64,000 bases of DNA from Candidatus Latescibacterota bacterium (lineage in GTDB: Bacteria; Latescibacterota; UBA2968; SICM01): NCBI GenBank assembly GCA_965217865.1, contig CBDCJO010000001.1, forward strand, positions 64,001-128,000, read 5' to 3'. A program made the position numbers and the translations under genes. Under the pieces are notes generated by a model. The model made no database searches and had not been told where the DNA came from. It saw nothing but the letters and a program-made list of their open reading frames with translations. Positions 19,533-30,051 of the stretch are shown piece after piece (position 1 is the stretch's first letter; every line of letters begins with the position of its first letter).

Positions 19533-19976
19533 ATGGCTAAAGGGGAAAGACCGTCGTTTGAAGAGATCTACATGCAATTCGCACAGATCATCGCCAGGAG
19601 GTCCACGTGCAAAAGGTTGCAGGTCGGGACGGTAATCACCACAACCGACTTCAGGAAAGTCCTTTCCGTCGGCTATAACGGAAACGCGACGGGTTTAACG
19701 AATCGATGCGACCGGGATGAGGTCGGAAACTGCGGCTGCCTGCATTCCGAGGAAAATGCGGTTATCAACTGCGATTCTCCCAGATCCGTCGAGAAAATCG
19801 TATTCGTCACGCATACGCCGTGCACGATGTGCGCAAAGAGGTTGATTAATCTTGGGAGCGTTGTTAAGGTATTTTACCGGGAGGACTACCGTATTCGCGA
19901 TTCGATCGAGTTGCTGGAAAGCTCGGGAATCCAGGTCCACAAATCCGAAGATCAGGATGAGGGGAAGGGGGGTTAG
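19533..19976 (+). CDS. dCMP deaminase/ComEB family deaminase
   Basis: RSTC.RLQVG, GYNG, HSEENA, PCTMC. Confidence 0.9.
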   Translation: MAKGERPSFEEIYMQFAQIIARRSTCKRLQVGTVITTTDFRKVLSVGYNGNATGLTNRCDRDEVGNCGCLHSEENAVINCDSPRSVEKIVFVTHTPCTMCAKRLINLGSVVKVFYREDYRIRDSIELLESSGIQVHKSEDQDEGKGG

Positions 19977-20118
19977 GGCGCTGGCCCCTGACCTTTGACT
20001 CCGATCTTTACATCGAAGGATCGAATGGACCTGTCCCACTTCTGTCAATAGGCTTATCTCGGCCTTTTGAGGCAGTCCCTTGATCTTTCGGTTTCCAATC
20101 TTCAATCTTTTTTTGCCG

Positions 20119-20970
20119 ATGGGCGAACCATTATTCATAAGTCATAAATTCACGGAACCTGGGGGGTTCACATCCGGGATCGAAGGCCCCGCGTGTGATG
20201 CCGAGGGAGTCCTCTACGCGGTTAATTATGCCCGTCAGCATACCATTGGCGCGGTTACCCCGTCTGGCGATTGCAGCGTCTTCATCGAGCTTCCCAACGG
20301 GAGCATCGGGAACGGTATACGTTTCAACAGCTCTGGAGACATGCTGATCGCGGACTACACCAATCACAATATCCTGAAGGTGGACATGGCCACCCGGTCG
20401 GTCTCCGTGGTTGCGCACGAACCCCGCATGAATCAACCGAATGATATCGCGATCCGCTCGGACGACACCCTCTTTGCGAGCGACCCCCTCTGGACGGAAT
20501 CCACAGGTCAGATATGGCGAATCAATCCTGACGGGGCGACCGCGGTTCTCGAAACCTGGATGGGCACCACCAACGGGATTGAAGTGAGCCCCGACGAGTC
20601 TACGCTGTATGTCAATGAGTCGGACCAGAGAAACATCTGGGCATATGATCTGTCGCAGGACGGTGAAATCAGCCGAAAGCGGCTTCTGATACAATTTTCC
20701 GATCATAAAATGGATGGCATGCGGTGTGACGACGGGGGAACGCTCTATGTGACCCGGTTCGGCAAGGGCACGGTCGCAAGGATATCCCCCCGGGGCGAAG
20801 TCCTGGGGGAAATCCAACTCGCGGGGAAAAATTGTACAAACCTGGCCTTCGGCGGAACGGACGGACGGACCTGCTATGTAACACTCGCAGATCGTGGCAA
20901 TATCGAATATTTCCGGACGGATCGACCGGGGAGAAGCTGGAGGCTTTTTGGGGGAAGGCCCTCAGGGTAA
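20119..20970 (+). CDS. SMP-30/gluconolactonase family protein
   Basis: IEGPA, NQPND, TNGIEVSPDE..LYV, DGMRCD, TNLAFGG. Confidence 0.9.
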   Translation: MGEPLFISHKFTEPGGFTSGIEGPACDAEGVLYAVNYARQHTIGAVTPSGDCSVFIELPNGSIGNGIRFNSSGDMLIADYTNHNILKVDMATRSVSVVAHEPRMNQPNDIAIRSDDTLFASDPLWTESTGQIWRINPDGATAVLETWMGTTNGIEVSPDESTLYVNESDQRNIWAYDLSQDGEISRKRLLIQFSDHKMDGMRCDDGGTLYVTRFGKGTVARISPRGEVLGEIQLAGKNCTNLAFGGTDGRTCYVTLADRGNIEYFRTDRPGRSWRLFGGRPSG

Positions 20971-21116
20971 GAACCCCAAAGGACCTCCGATTTCACGTTT
21001 GCCGCTTTATACAACGCCGTTTAGCTTAAGTTCGCTGTCCCCAATCCACAATTTGGGTTCTTCAATTTCCGCTTACCGTACACCTCCGCTCACCGTACAC
21101 CTTAGAGGGCTTGCCC

Positions 21117-21374
21117 ATGGAACACGCCACTCAAGTAGCTGAAGTTGTCGGCGGTGTTGTTGCCCTTCTCGTGATTGCCGTAGCTATCTTAGCCGCGACC
21201 AAACGCCTGAAACTCCCTTTCACCGTAGTTCTGGTCATATGCGGAATGGGCTTGTCTTATCTGACCCGGGCATATTCCGATTCCCTTCCGCCCCTTCACG
21301 AACTCGAAATCTCGCCCGGCCTGATCCTCTTCGTTTTTCTCCCGACCCTGATTTTCGAGTCTGCGTTTAATTTA
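21117..21374 (+). pseudogene. 5' fragment of CPA1 Na+/H+ antiporter, interrupted
   Basis: LKLPFTVVLV...FVFLPTLIFESAFNL is a CPA1 N-terminus; the frame runs into foreign AT-rich DNA at 21375. Confidence 0.85.
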
Positions 21375-21397
21375 GGGAATTATATATTATTTTACCC

Positions 21398-21426
21398 TTG
21401 ACATGCCGCCTGAAATTGCTTATATT
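21398..21426 (+). promoter_or_regulatory. Promoter of the IS1595-family transposase
   Basis: TTGACA, 17 nt, TATATT; AAAGGAGG RBS before ATG 21453. Confidence 0.7.
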
Positions 21427-21452
21427 TATATGTAAATAAAGGAGGTTATGTT

Positions 21453-21820
21453 ATGGGAAAAGGGCCTGGAAAGTATTACAGGAAGGGGATTTCGTTATTG
21501 GACCTGACAAAACGTTTTCCGAACGACGGCATGGCGGAAGATTGGTTCGTTCGAATCCGTTGGCCTAATGGTGTTCGATGTCCGGCATGCAAGTCCAGCG
21601 ACGTTCAATCACGTCCAAAAAGAAAGCCTCAACCTTACCGATGCCGGAAATGCCGCAAGGATTTCTCCATGAAAACGGGAACGTTGATGCAAGGATCAAA
21701 TCTCGGGTATCAGAAATGGGCCATAGAAATTTATCTTTTTGCAACTGGAATGAAGGGTACGTCAAGCATGAAGTTGCATCGGGATCTCGGAATAACACAG
21801 AAAAGCGCATGGTACCTGGC
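21453..21820 (+). pseudogene. IS1595-family transposase, N-terminal fragment lacking the DDE domain
   Basis: RWPNGVRCPAC...YRCRKCRKDFS.KTGT.M zinc ribbon and SSMKLHRDLGITQKSAW HTH; similarity stops after SAWYLA. Confidence 0.85.
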
Positions 21821-21934
21821 TGTTTTCGTTCCGGCGCTTATCATCAACAGAACCGTTCCTGCGACAAGCATAAGCCATCCCCATTCAAGATTGATAAACA
21901 ACCAGATGAAAAGACCGATTGATGTTCCACTAGT

Positions 21935-23766
21935 CCCTATACAAGCGTGAATTTTTCTTGGTTTTAGTAGAAAAAAGTTGAAATGCCCCAGTTTTCAGGC
22001 CTATAGTTGTAGTATGAAAGACAAAAAGAGGCCATCAAAAAGGGGCATTTCAGATGAGAGAATATAGGAAGATTCTTCGGAACAGGGAAGCACGAATTGT
22101 CCGTCGTTTGCGTCGGAAGCAGTGGTGCAGTCAGGTCAAGCCTATGATGTCTGGGGGAAACATCCACTACGAGATAAGTGGGAAGGCCGAGGCGATCACG
22201 TGTGGGGGGATCGGCGCGTTTCACCACATGGTCCGCAGGGTTGGGCTGGTGAAAGAGATTGACCGTCATCTTCATCTTTTGAAAGTGCATTTGCCCTGTC
22301 ACGAATCAGACCACGTTCTGAACATCGCCTACAATGCGCTGGTTGGTGGTCAACGCCTTGAAGACATTGAGCTGCGCCGGCAGGATGCCACGTTCCTGAA
22401 CGCTTTGGGCGCTCAGCGTCTCCCGGATCCGACCACAGCAGGCGACTTTACACGTCGTTTCCGGCCATCGGATATCGAGACGTTGATGGATTGCATCAAC
22501 CGGGTGCGCACCCGGATCTGGAAAAAGCGCGCCAGGGGCGAACTCAAAGAAGCCCTCATCGACATCGACGGCACCCTGGCCACCACTCTCGGAGAACGCA
22601 AGCAGGGCATGGCCCTGTCATACAACGGTATCTGGGGATACCATCCTCTCGTGGTCTCTCTGGCGAACACCAGGGAGGTGTTGTTTCTTGTGAATCGACC
22701 CGGCCATGTGCCCAGCCACGACGGTGCCGTAAAGTGGATCGATCGCGCCATCGCGCTGGTCGCCCCTTTCGCCAAACGCATCTGCCTGCGCGGAGACACC
22801 GGCTTCTCACTCACCCGGCACTTCGATCGTTGGTCGGAAAAGGTCGACTTCGTCTTCGGCATGGATGCTTACCGGGGATTGGTCAAGATCGCCAAATCCC
22901 TGTCACAGAGCGATTGGGAGCCCTTTGAACGACAACCCAAATACCAGGTCAAGACCTCCCAGAGACAGAAACGCGAGAACGTGAAAGCCCGGATCATCCG
23001 GGAGCGCGGCTTCAAAAACATCCGACTTGCCAGTGAACGTGTTGCCGGGGTTTCGTATCGTCCTGCTCGATGCAGGAAGACCTGTCGACTCGTGATCCTC
23101 GAAAAGAACCTGAGCGTCGAACGCGGCGAAAACGCCCTGTTCGATGACAAGCGCTATTTCTTCTACATTACCACCCGAAAAGATCTTACGGCCGCGGAAA
23201 TCGTGAGGCTGGCCAATCGACGGTGCGATCAGGAAAACGTGATTGAACAACTCAAGAACGGGGTCAACGCCATGCGGATGCCCGTCGACAACCTGATGAG
23301 CAACTGGGCTTACATGGTCATGACCGCCCTGGCGTGGAACCTCAAAGCCTGGTTCGCGTTGATGATCCGAAAGCGTGAGCGTCGCGATCAACTTCTGAGA
23401 ATGGAGTTTCGCGCCTTCCTCCAGAATCTGATCTGGATCCCCTGCCAGATCGTGACCCGGGGAAGACAGATCATCTATCGTGTCTTGGGCTACAACCGGT
23501 GGATGACTGACTTCTTCCCGGCCTGGAACAGAATCAGATGGCTCAAACCGGCCTGACTGCCATGTCAGCACCTGTCGTCGTAACATCACAGGGACAAGTC
23601 CGTCCACCCCGGCTAAAACACGTCCGCAAACTCAGTTAATTAGACAATCGCATGCCGAAACAATCACAAAAACAGCCCAGACATCATCTCCACCAAGTCA
23701 CAAGTCTGAAATGCTCCGAAATCTTGTATAACACACCGCTCAACAAGCCTATTCGCTTATTTTAGG
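21935..23766 (+). mobile_element. IS1380-family insertion sequence, copy 2 (1832 bp)
   Basis: Flanked by direct repeat ACTAGT (21929-21934 and 23767-23772); same termini as copy 1. Confidence 0.93.
22054..23556 (+). CDS. IS1380-family DDE transposase
   Basis: 500 aa, near-identical to 4747..6249 (four differences seen). Confidence 0.9.
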   Translation: MREYRKILRNREARIVRRLRRKQWCSQVKPMMSGGNIHYEISGKAEAITCGGIGAFHHMVRRVGLVKEIDRHLHLLKVHLPCHESDHVLNIAYNALVGGQRLEDIELRRQDATFLNALGAQRLPDPTTAGDFTRRFRPSDIETLMDCINRVRTRIWKKRARGELKEALIDIDGTLATTLGERKQGMALSYNGIWGYHPLVVSLANTREVLFLVNRPGHVPSHDGAVKWIDRAIALVAPFAKRICLRGDTGFSLTRHFDRWSEKVDFVFGMDAYRGLVKIAKSLSQSDWEPFERQPKYQVKTSQRQKRENVKARIIRERGFKNIRLASERVAGVSYRPARCRKTCRLVILEKNLSVERGENALFDDKRYFFYITTRKDLTAAEIVRLANRRCDQENVIEQLKNGVNAMRMPVDNLMSNWAYMVMTALAWNLKAWFALMIRKRERRDQLLRMEFRAFLQNLIWIPCQIVTRGRQIIYRVLGYNRWMTDFFPAWNRIRWLKPA

Positions 23767-23938
23767 ACTAGTTATCCATAATGTAACCAGAAAGATTGAA
23801 ATAACAGCCAGGATTAGGACGACACCCCATCTTCTTCACCATTAATCGATCCAAGCAATTCAAGTAAATGTTGTTTCGACATTCTCATATTTCTCCCCTC
23901 CGCATGACCAATGAACTCATTCAAAATAAGGAGATTGC

Positions 23939-24067
23939 GTGAACAAAATCGAAAATAAAGGAAACATCGGTCGAGGAAAGACTAAAACTGGACGAAAACT
24001 AACACCTAAAAACCTCGCCCATGCCATTATCAATACTCCACCCCCAAAAAAGCGACAGCGTTCATGA
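23939..24067 (+). CDS. Small basic hypothetical protein (42 aa), probable element-associated ORF
   Basis: AAGGAG RBS then GTG; VNKIENKG...TPKNLAHAIINTPPPKKRQRS; below the ORF track cutoff. Confidence 0.45.
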   Translation: MNKIENKGNIGRGKTKTGRKLTPKNLAHAIINTPPPKKRQRS

Positions 24068-24271
24068 CAGTTTGGGGGGTAAAGAGGCAGTAGGGCCTTG
24101 TGATGGAAATATCTCAAGCTCCAGGTGCTCGAAGAAAAACTTGGATTGCCAATAGATAAAGTATGGCAACAGAATACCAAACGTGCAAATCGTGAGAACT
24201 ATCAACCCTAATGACATGCAGAAGAATTCTCCAAAACTCCCCTTGAATACAACTCGACCAATGGAGTGCAT
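24062..24271 (-). CDS. Small membrane protein (DUF898/DUF6693-like)
   Basis: F.GSFGE.F...L...LTICTFGI..P pattern; GGGAGGG upstream on the minus strand. Confidence 0.6.
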   Translation of the reverse strand: MHSIGRVVFKGSFGEFFCMSLGLIVLTICTFGILLPYFIYWQSKFFFEHLELEIFPSQGPTASLPPKLS

Positions 24272-24446
24272 ACTGGCATCCCTCCCTGTGGGGGTGACGT
24301 GACCTCCTTTGACACCCTAAGATGGGGATGCCGGGCCAAGTCACCATCACGCAAGAGAAATGCGGGAAAGTTCTACCTATTCGCCTGGATACGGGGAATG
24401 ACCCCATACCGGGTAAAAAACGGCTATTGTATTCAGCAGAGGACCC

Positions 24447-26627
24447 GCGGTTCCCGGTCTCCTTCTATCAACCGTGATAATCGGTCTGATCGTCTCGATT
24501 GCCACGTCCGTTCCCTTCGAAGCAGCTCTGCTCCTGGGGGCGATCTTGAGCGCCACAGACCCCGTGGCCGTGGTCGCCCTTTTCAAAAAATTGGGGGCCC
24601 CTAAACGTCTGACCATCCTGGTCGAAGGGGAGAGCCTTTTCAACGATGCGACCTCAATCGTTCTTTCTAAAATCTTGGTCGGCGTGATCGTTGTCGGGGC
24701 CGCCTCGGCCGGAGGCATTGCCGCAAGCACTTTGGACTTTTTGACCGTTTTCCTGGGCGGGCTCGTTGTAGGCTGGTGTCTTGGGCTGATCACAGGGTGG
24801 ATCCTCGGAAAGGTTGAATCCGATCCCCTCATCGAGATCACGCTTACGACGGTTCTGGCCTATATGTCCTTCCTTCTCGCAGAGGAGGTCTTCCACGCCA
24901 GCGGTGTGATGGCTGCAATCGCTGCAGGACTTACCCTCGGAGGTTGGGGAAGGATGAAGATTTCACCTTCCGTTCGTACCTATTTGGAACATTTCTGGGA
25001 ATACATCGCCTTTGTAGCCAATGCCCTGATCTTTCTGATGGTTGGCCTCCGGGTTGAATTAGCCGCCCTGTGGTCCGTAATCGACCTACTCCTGTGGGTC
25101 TTGCTGGCCATGTTGGTCTCCCGTTTTCTTGTCGTCTTTGGGCTCGTCCCACTGGCCGGGAGACTTCCGGGCGCAGAACCCGTCAGCCGGAGTTATCAAT
25201 CCGTCATGTACTGGGGGGGCCTCCGGGGGGCCATTGCCCTCGCAATCGTCCTGAGTTTGCCGCAATTTGAGCAAGGGGAGGCTTTTGTGACTGTGGTGAT
25301 GGGAGCGGTCCTCTTCACCCTGCTTGTCCCGGGCCTTACGATTGAGCCTCTGGTCCGTTTTCTCGGACTCGATCGCCCTCCCCTGGCCGATCGATTCGCG
25401 AGGGTGGAGGGTGAACATGAAGCCAAACAGCAGGCATTGGATCGGCTGCCCGAACTCTTGACAGGCGGGTTCTTTTCAGGCTCTATCGGCGAACGCCTGC
25501 GGACCCAGTCTGAAACCCAACTTCGGCAGATCCGATCTGAGATCGAGACCCTTCGCAAGACGGGATTGAACAGGGAGAGGGGGCTCCAGCTCCTCTACCT
25601 CAGGGCCTTCGCGGAGGAAAAGTCTCAATACATTGACATGCTGAACAAAGGTCAGCTCAGCGAGGGGGCCTTCCGAGAACTTAGCCTGGTCCTTGCTTTG
25701 CAGATCGACGCCGTTCGTTATTCCGGTTCGATTCAGGATGTAAAAACTTCGAGGTTTCGCCGAAACGTCGAAACCTGGGCGTTGCGGCTGCTGGATTCCC
25801 TCCCCCTCCTTTCTGCCTTGTCGGAGCGGTTGCGCATGGTCCGGATTGCTCAGGACTACGAGGTCGCCTGGGGTCACTGCCGGGGAAGTACGACCGTGCT
25901 CCACCTGCTCGACGAACTCGCAAGCATCCATTCTATGCCCCCCGAGGTTGTGGAGGAGGTGCGACCCCAGTACCGTCACTGGCAGGAGGCCTCGGAGCGC
26001 CAGCTCCACCGGATGGCTGAACAGTTCCCTGAGTTCGTGAATGCCCTTCACGAACGGCTCGGCCAACGGCTCATGCTGTTAGCAGAAGCTGATGCCATTG
26101 AACATCAGGCCGAACACGGGACACTCCCCCACTCGGTTGCGGAGGAAATGGAGGAAAGGATCACCCACGAATTGAGTGCCTTGAGAGGAGGGGAGGTGGC
26201 AAAACTCCGGACCGAACCGACGGAACTGCTGCGAAAGGTTCCTTCGTTTCAAGAGATCCCGCCTCAAGAGTTCGGTGACCTGGCGGCCCGGATGCACATG
26301 CGCACCGTATCTGAAAACGACGCCATCATCAAGCAGGGCCAGGCCGGAGATTCCCTGTTCCTTATCGCAAGGGGTGTGGTTCGCGTCTCTCGTGAGGAAG
26401 AAGGCGTCTCCCGCGATTTGGCCACCCTGATGGCGGGTGATTTCTTCGGCGAAATGGCCCTCCTGCACAGCGAACCCCGGACGGCCACCGTCCTGGCTGT
26501 GACACCTTGTTCCCTCTATGAACTCAACAGTAGGGACCTGGAAGTCGCCATGGAGACATTTCCCAACATCCGACGGGCATTGGAGGAAGCCGATCGGGAT
26601 CGGAAGGCGAGGTTGTCTCAGGGCTGA
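24447..26627 (+). pseudogene. 3' part of CPA1 Na+/H+ antiporter with C-terminal cyclic-nucleotide-binding domain
   Basis: AVPGLLLST..., SATDPVAV, EGESLFNDA, WGGLRGA; cNMP motif FFGEMALL..EPRTATV. Confidence 0.88.
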
Positions 26628-26730
26628 CAAAGATAGGCTGCTCATTTTTTTTGACTGAGGGCCAGGAAGGGAGGTCAGCCCCCTATTGCTGAAAAAGGCT
26701 CAATTCCAGATGTTCAAACGGCAGGAAGAC

Positions 26731-27471
26731 ATGAGACCCGGTCCCGTGAATCGTATCGTGGCACTGGGAGAAAGCACGACGTGGGGATACTCCGTCTCCG
26801 CCAAAGAGAAATGCTGGGTGAACCGGGTGGTTCGAATACTTGAGGAGTTCCAGAGAAATTCCATCGAACTCATCAATAAAGGAATCGGGAGCAATGTCTT
26901 AACGCCAGAATGCCCGGCCTATGGACATTCTAAAAAGCCTTCCGCGCTCGAACGCGTTGAGGAGGACCTGATCAATAATGACCCGGACATGGCATTCCTG
27001 TCATATGGATTGAACGACTCCCGGGGGGGAACCCCGCCTGAAACCTTTCGCCTGGCCTACCAGATCCTGATCGATCAGATTCGAGCTCGAATCGATCCCA
27101 CCATCGTCATCGTCAACACCTACTACATGCACGAAGTCCTTTACGACCACGAAACCTGGGGGAAAAGCAACTATGATGTTACGGACACCTATAACCTTGT
27201 GATCAAAGAGCTTGCCGAAGCGAACAACCTCATCCTGGCGGACGTCTACTCTGCAGAGGTTGGCGTTGACTGGATAGTCGACAATGATCATTGTCATCCG
27301 AATGACCTGGGTCACGCGATCGTAGCCAACAGAGTTTTCGAAGCCATCGTCAGAAACTGCAGCTTCGTCGCACGGGAAATACCGGAGCAGTCCCGGCTAA
27401 GGGAATTTGCTTCAAAATATGGGAATGGACCGGGGCCCTCGCACCCTGAGGATCGATCAGCCGACGGCTGA
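26731..27471 (+). CDS. SGNH/GDSL hydrolase family protein
   Basis: VALGESTTWG, NKGIG, YGLND, DHCHPN. Confidence 0.85.
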   Translation: MRPGPVNRIVALGESTTWGYSVSAKEKCWVNRVVRILEEFQRNSIELINKGIGSNVLTPECPAYGHSKKPSALERVEEDLINNDPDMAFLSYGLNDSRGGTPPETFRLAYQILIDQIRARIDPTIVIVNTYYMHEVLYDHETWGKSNYDVTDTYNLVIKELAEANNLILADVYSAEVGVDWIVDNDHCHPNDLGHAIVANRVFEAIVRNCSFVAREIPEQSRLREFASKYGNGPGPSHPEDRSADG

Positions 27472-27585
27472 TGTTGATCTTCTCAAAAACATTCCTGGAG
27501 TGGCGGAAAAAAGAATTAGCCTTTAACACCGCTGGCCTGTATGTCAGTTGAATTGGTGATATGAAAACGTTGGCGGTTGGTTTAA

Positions 27586-27761
27586 CTCCCTCATCCCCTG
27601 TATCCCCTTCTCCCGCTTAGCAGGAGAAGGAGACGATGACATTTATTTTCTATATATTAAAGACCCCGCCATTCCCTCATTAAACAATTAGATCATTTTC
27701 GAACTTCCCCTCTCCCGGCACCCGGGAGAGGGGTGCTGAAGCTTGCGAGGCGGGGTGAGGG
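27586..27761. repeat. Inverted pair of REP-like palindromes
   Basis: Hairpins CCTTCTCC/GGAGAAGG (27606-27630) and CCCCTCTCCCGG/CCGGGAGAGGGG (27707-27733); outer CCCTCATCCC...GGGGTGAGGG. Confidence 0.7.
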
Positions 27762-28012
27762 AGCACGACGACGTTCCAATTATTATAGCGCCTTTCCGGA
27801 TCGAGGTGGTTCAAGCTTATGCGAAGCGGAGCCCGATATAGGGGGAAGGTCAACAGCATCGGTTATCCGATTACAGCCCGCCGCGGGCCCTCCCGGAAAC
27901 AGGTCATAACCAAGGAAGGCAAAATGTAAAACGAAAAGTCTCGCCCAAAAACAAAGAATGATTCAGGTACTGAAAGTACAGTTTGACTTTAGTAACACTC
28001 CTGGAGTGATTC

Positions 28013-28996
28013 ATGGAACAGCGTCCCCTGGGCCGGACCAATCTCACCCTTAGCGCCATCGGACTCGGATGCGTCACATTCGGCCGTGAAATTGACGAAG
28101 AGTCGTCCTACCGCGTCCTCGATTACGCCCTCAAAAAGGGGATTACGTGGTTCGATACAGCCGAGGCCTACGGAGGCGGAAACGCCCGGAAATATCGCAA
28201 GGAACAACTCGGCGTTGAGGACATCCGCGAAACCTCCGGGGAGATGGGGTCTTCGGAATGCATCCTGGGAAGATGGATCCGGTCGCGCGGATGTCGTGGG
28301 GACATCACCATCTGTACCAAGGTGAGTTCGGGAAACAGCCCCGAGAACATTCGAAAGGCCATGGCCGCCAGCCTCGAACGACTGGGTGGCGAGGCAATCG
28401 ATATATATGAGCTGCATTCCTGGGACCCGGATGTGCCGATCGCTGAGAGTTTGGACGTCCTGACCGAGGAGGTGAAATCGGGTCATATCCAGGTAATCGG
28501 ATGCAGCAATTTATCAGGGACGCAGCTCCAGGAGGCCATTGATGCCTGTGCTGCAAACGGATACAGCCGGATCGAAGTCGTGCAACCCCCCTACAGCCTG
28601 GCCGCCCCCGGAGCCGAAGAAGATCTTTTTCCGTTGTGCCGGAAAGAGCGAATTGGCGTCACAACCTACAGCCCCCTTGCAGCCGGATTTCTCACCGGGA
28701 AATACACACCCGACCGATCGAGCTTTCCCGAAGGGTCCCGATTCAACATAATCCCTGCCCACGCCGACATCTATTTTTCGGATCGAAATTTCCGGCTGGT
28801 GGAACAGCTGCGCGATAAAGCCGATGAGCTCGGTCTCCCCCCGGTCCGGTTGGCGATGGCCTGGGCGATTTCTCATCCCGACGTGACATCGGTCTTAGTC
28901 GGCGCGCGTAAAACGGAGCACATCGACAATGCCTTGGCCGCCTTCGAGATGAAGCTCGATCCGGACTTGCGTGAACAAATGTCATCCTGGGAATAA
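28013..28996 (+). CDS. Aldo/keto reductase
   Basis: IGLGC, FDTAEAYG, TKV, IDIYELH, IGCSN, YSPLAAGFLTGKY. Confidence 0.93.
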   Translation: MEQRPLGRTNLTLSAIGLGCVTFGREIDEESSYRVLDYALKKGITWFDTAEAYGGGNARKYRKEQLGVEDIRETSGEMGSSECILGRWIRSRGCRGDITICTKVSSGNSPENIRKAMAASLERLGGEAIDIYELHSWDPDVPIAESLDVLTEEVKSGHIQVIGCSNLSGTQLQEAIDACAANGYSRIEVVQPPYSLAAPGAEEDLFPLCRKERIGVTTYSPLAAGFLTGKYTPDRSSFPEGSRFNIIPAHADIYFSDRNFRLVEQLRDKADELGLPPVRLAMAWAISHPDVTSVLVGARKTEHIDNALAAFEMKLDPDLREQMSSWE

Positions 28997-29124
28997 AAAC
29001 CAGCCACGGGTTCCTCGTCAAAAGTCACGAGTCTGTAGCCTGATTGGCTTTTTGCTTTGCCTTGCGACTCCGGACCGTTGACTCGTGACCCGGATCTTTT
29101 TGATTTTGACTGACTTGGGAGCTT

Positions 29125-30051
29125 ATGGCTACGCTCGGTGTGGGGACTGTTCAATTCGGCATGAATTACGGGATATCCAACACTGTTGGTCAGACGACGG
29201 AAGAGGAAGTCGCGAAAATTCTGAGGATCGCCAATTCGGACGGGATTCAGGTAATCGATACGGCTCACTTTTACGGGGAAAGCGAGAAAGTCCTCGGAAA
29301 GGTGTTGGCCACCATGAAGCCTCATAGATTTCGGCTGATCACAAAAACGTACCCCCTTAAGAAATCCCGCATCTCGAAGAGCGATGCGCAACGTGTGACA
29401 ACAGCCTTCAACGATTCACTTCAAAAACTGGGGTTGGCCCGAGCGGACGGATTGCTCCTGCACAGAGTGGATGACCTTCTCGCACCGGGGGGAGATCACC
29501 TTTATTCCGAAATGGTATCCCTGAAACAGAGGGGCCATGTGAAAAAGATTGGGGCTTCCTTTTACACTCCGGATGAGGTGGACCATCTTCTCGGGCGTTT
29601 CGAGATCGATCTGGTTCAGGTTCCCGTAAATATCCTGAACCAGGCCTTTATTCGGCGCGGTCACCTGAAAAAGCTCAAGGAAAGGGGAATCGAGATTCAT
29701 GTCAGGTCCGCATTCGTCCAAGGATTGATCTGTATACCCCCTGACGAGCTGCCTCAATATTTCTCTCCGATCAAGTCCGAATTGATCCGGCTGGGTCAAT
29801 TCTTGAGAGCGCACGACCTCTCCATCGTTCAGGGGGCATTGTGCTTTTTGAACCAACAACCCGAAATCGACGTGATTGTGTTGGGCTTAAACAATTCGGA
29901 GCAACTGCAAAATAACCTCAGGGATCTGGAAAAGGTCGAGGGCATGAGCCTGGATTTCTCTTCGTTTTCAGTTGAAGACGAAAAGATGATCAGTCCCGTG
30001 AAGTGGCCTTCTGGGTTCCAGACACACATTCGGGATATGAAGCCTCGATGA
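29125..30051 (+). CDS. Aldo/keto reductase
   Basis: LGVGTVQFGMNYG, IDTAHFYGESE, LLLH, KIGAS.Y, RSAFVQGL. Confidence 0.9.
   Translation: MATLGVGTVQFGMNYGISNTVGQTTEEEVAKILRIANSDGIQVIDTAHFYGESEKVLGKVLATMKPHRFRLITKTYPLKKSRISKSDAQRVTTAFNDSLQKLGLARADGLLLHRVDDLLAPGGDHLYSEMVSLKQRGHVKKIGASFYTPDEVDHLLGRFEIDLVQVPVNILNQAFIRRGHLKKLKERGIEIHVRSAFVQGLICIPPDELPQYFSPIKSELIRLGQFLRAHDLSIVQGALCFLNQQPEIDVIVLGLNNSEQLQNNLRDLEKVEGMSLDFSSFSVEDEKMISPVKWPSGFQTHIRDMKPR

Larger units (their letters stand above)
21375..24446 (+). mobile_element. Decayed IS1595-family element with passenger ORFs and a nested IS1380; right end not identifiable
   Basis: Begins GGGAATTATATA after AT-rich TTAATTTA; carries a promoter and truncated transposase; the antiporter resumes at about 24447. 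Confidence 0.65.

Noticed and set aside
21821-21950. C-terminus of the 165-aa transposase ORF
   Set aside because: Read-through into the antisense of the membrane-protein relic and the IS1380 end; not transposase sequence
24411-24435. GGGTAAAA as the right inverted repeat of the IS1595-like element
   Set aside because: Only 8 nt match the reverse complement of the left end, and no target duplication follows
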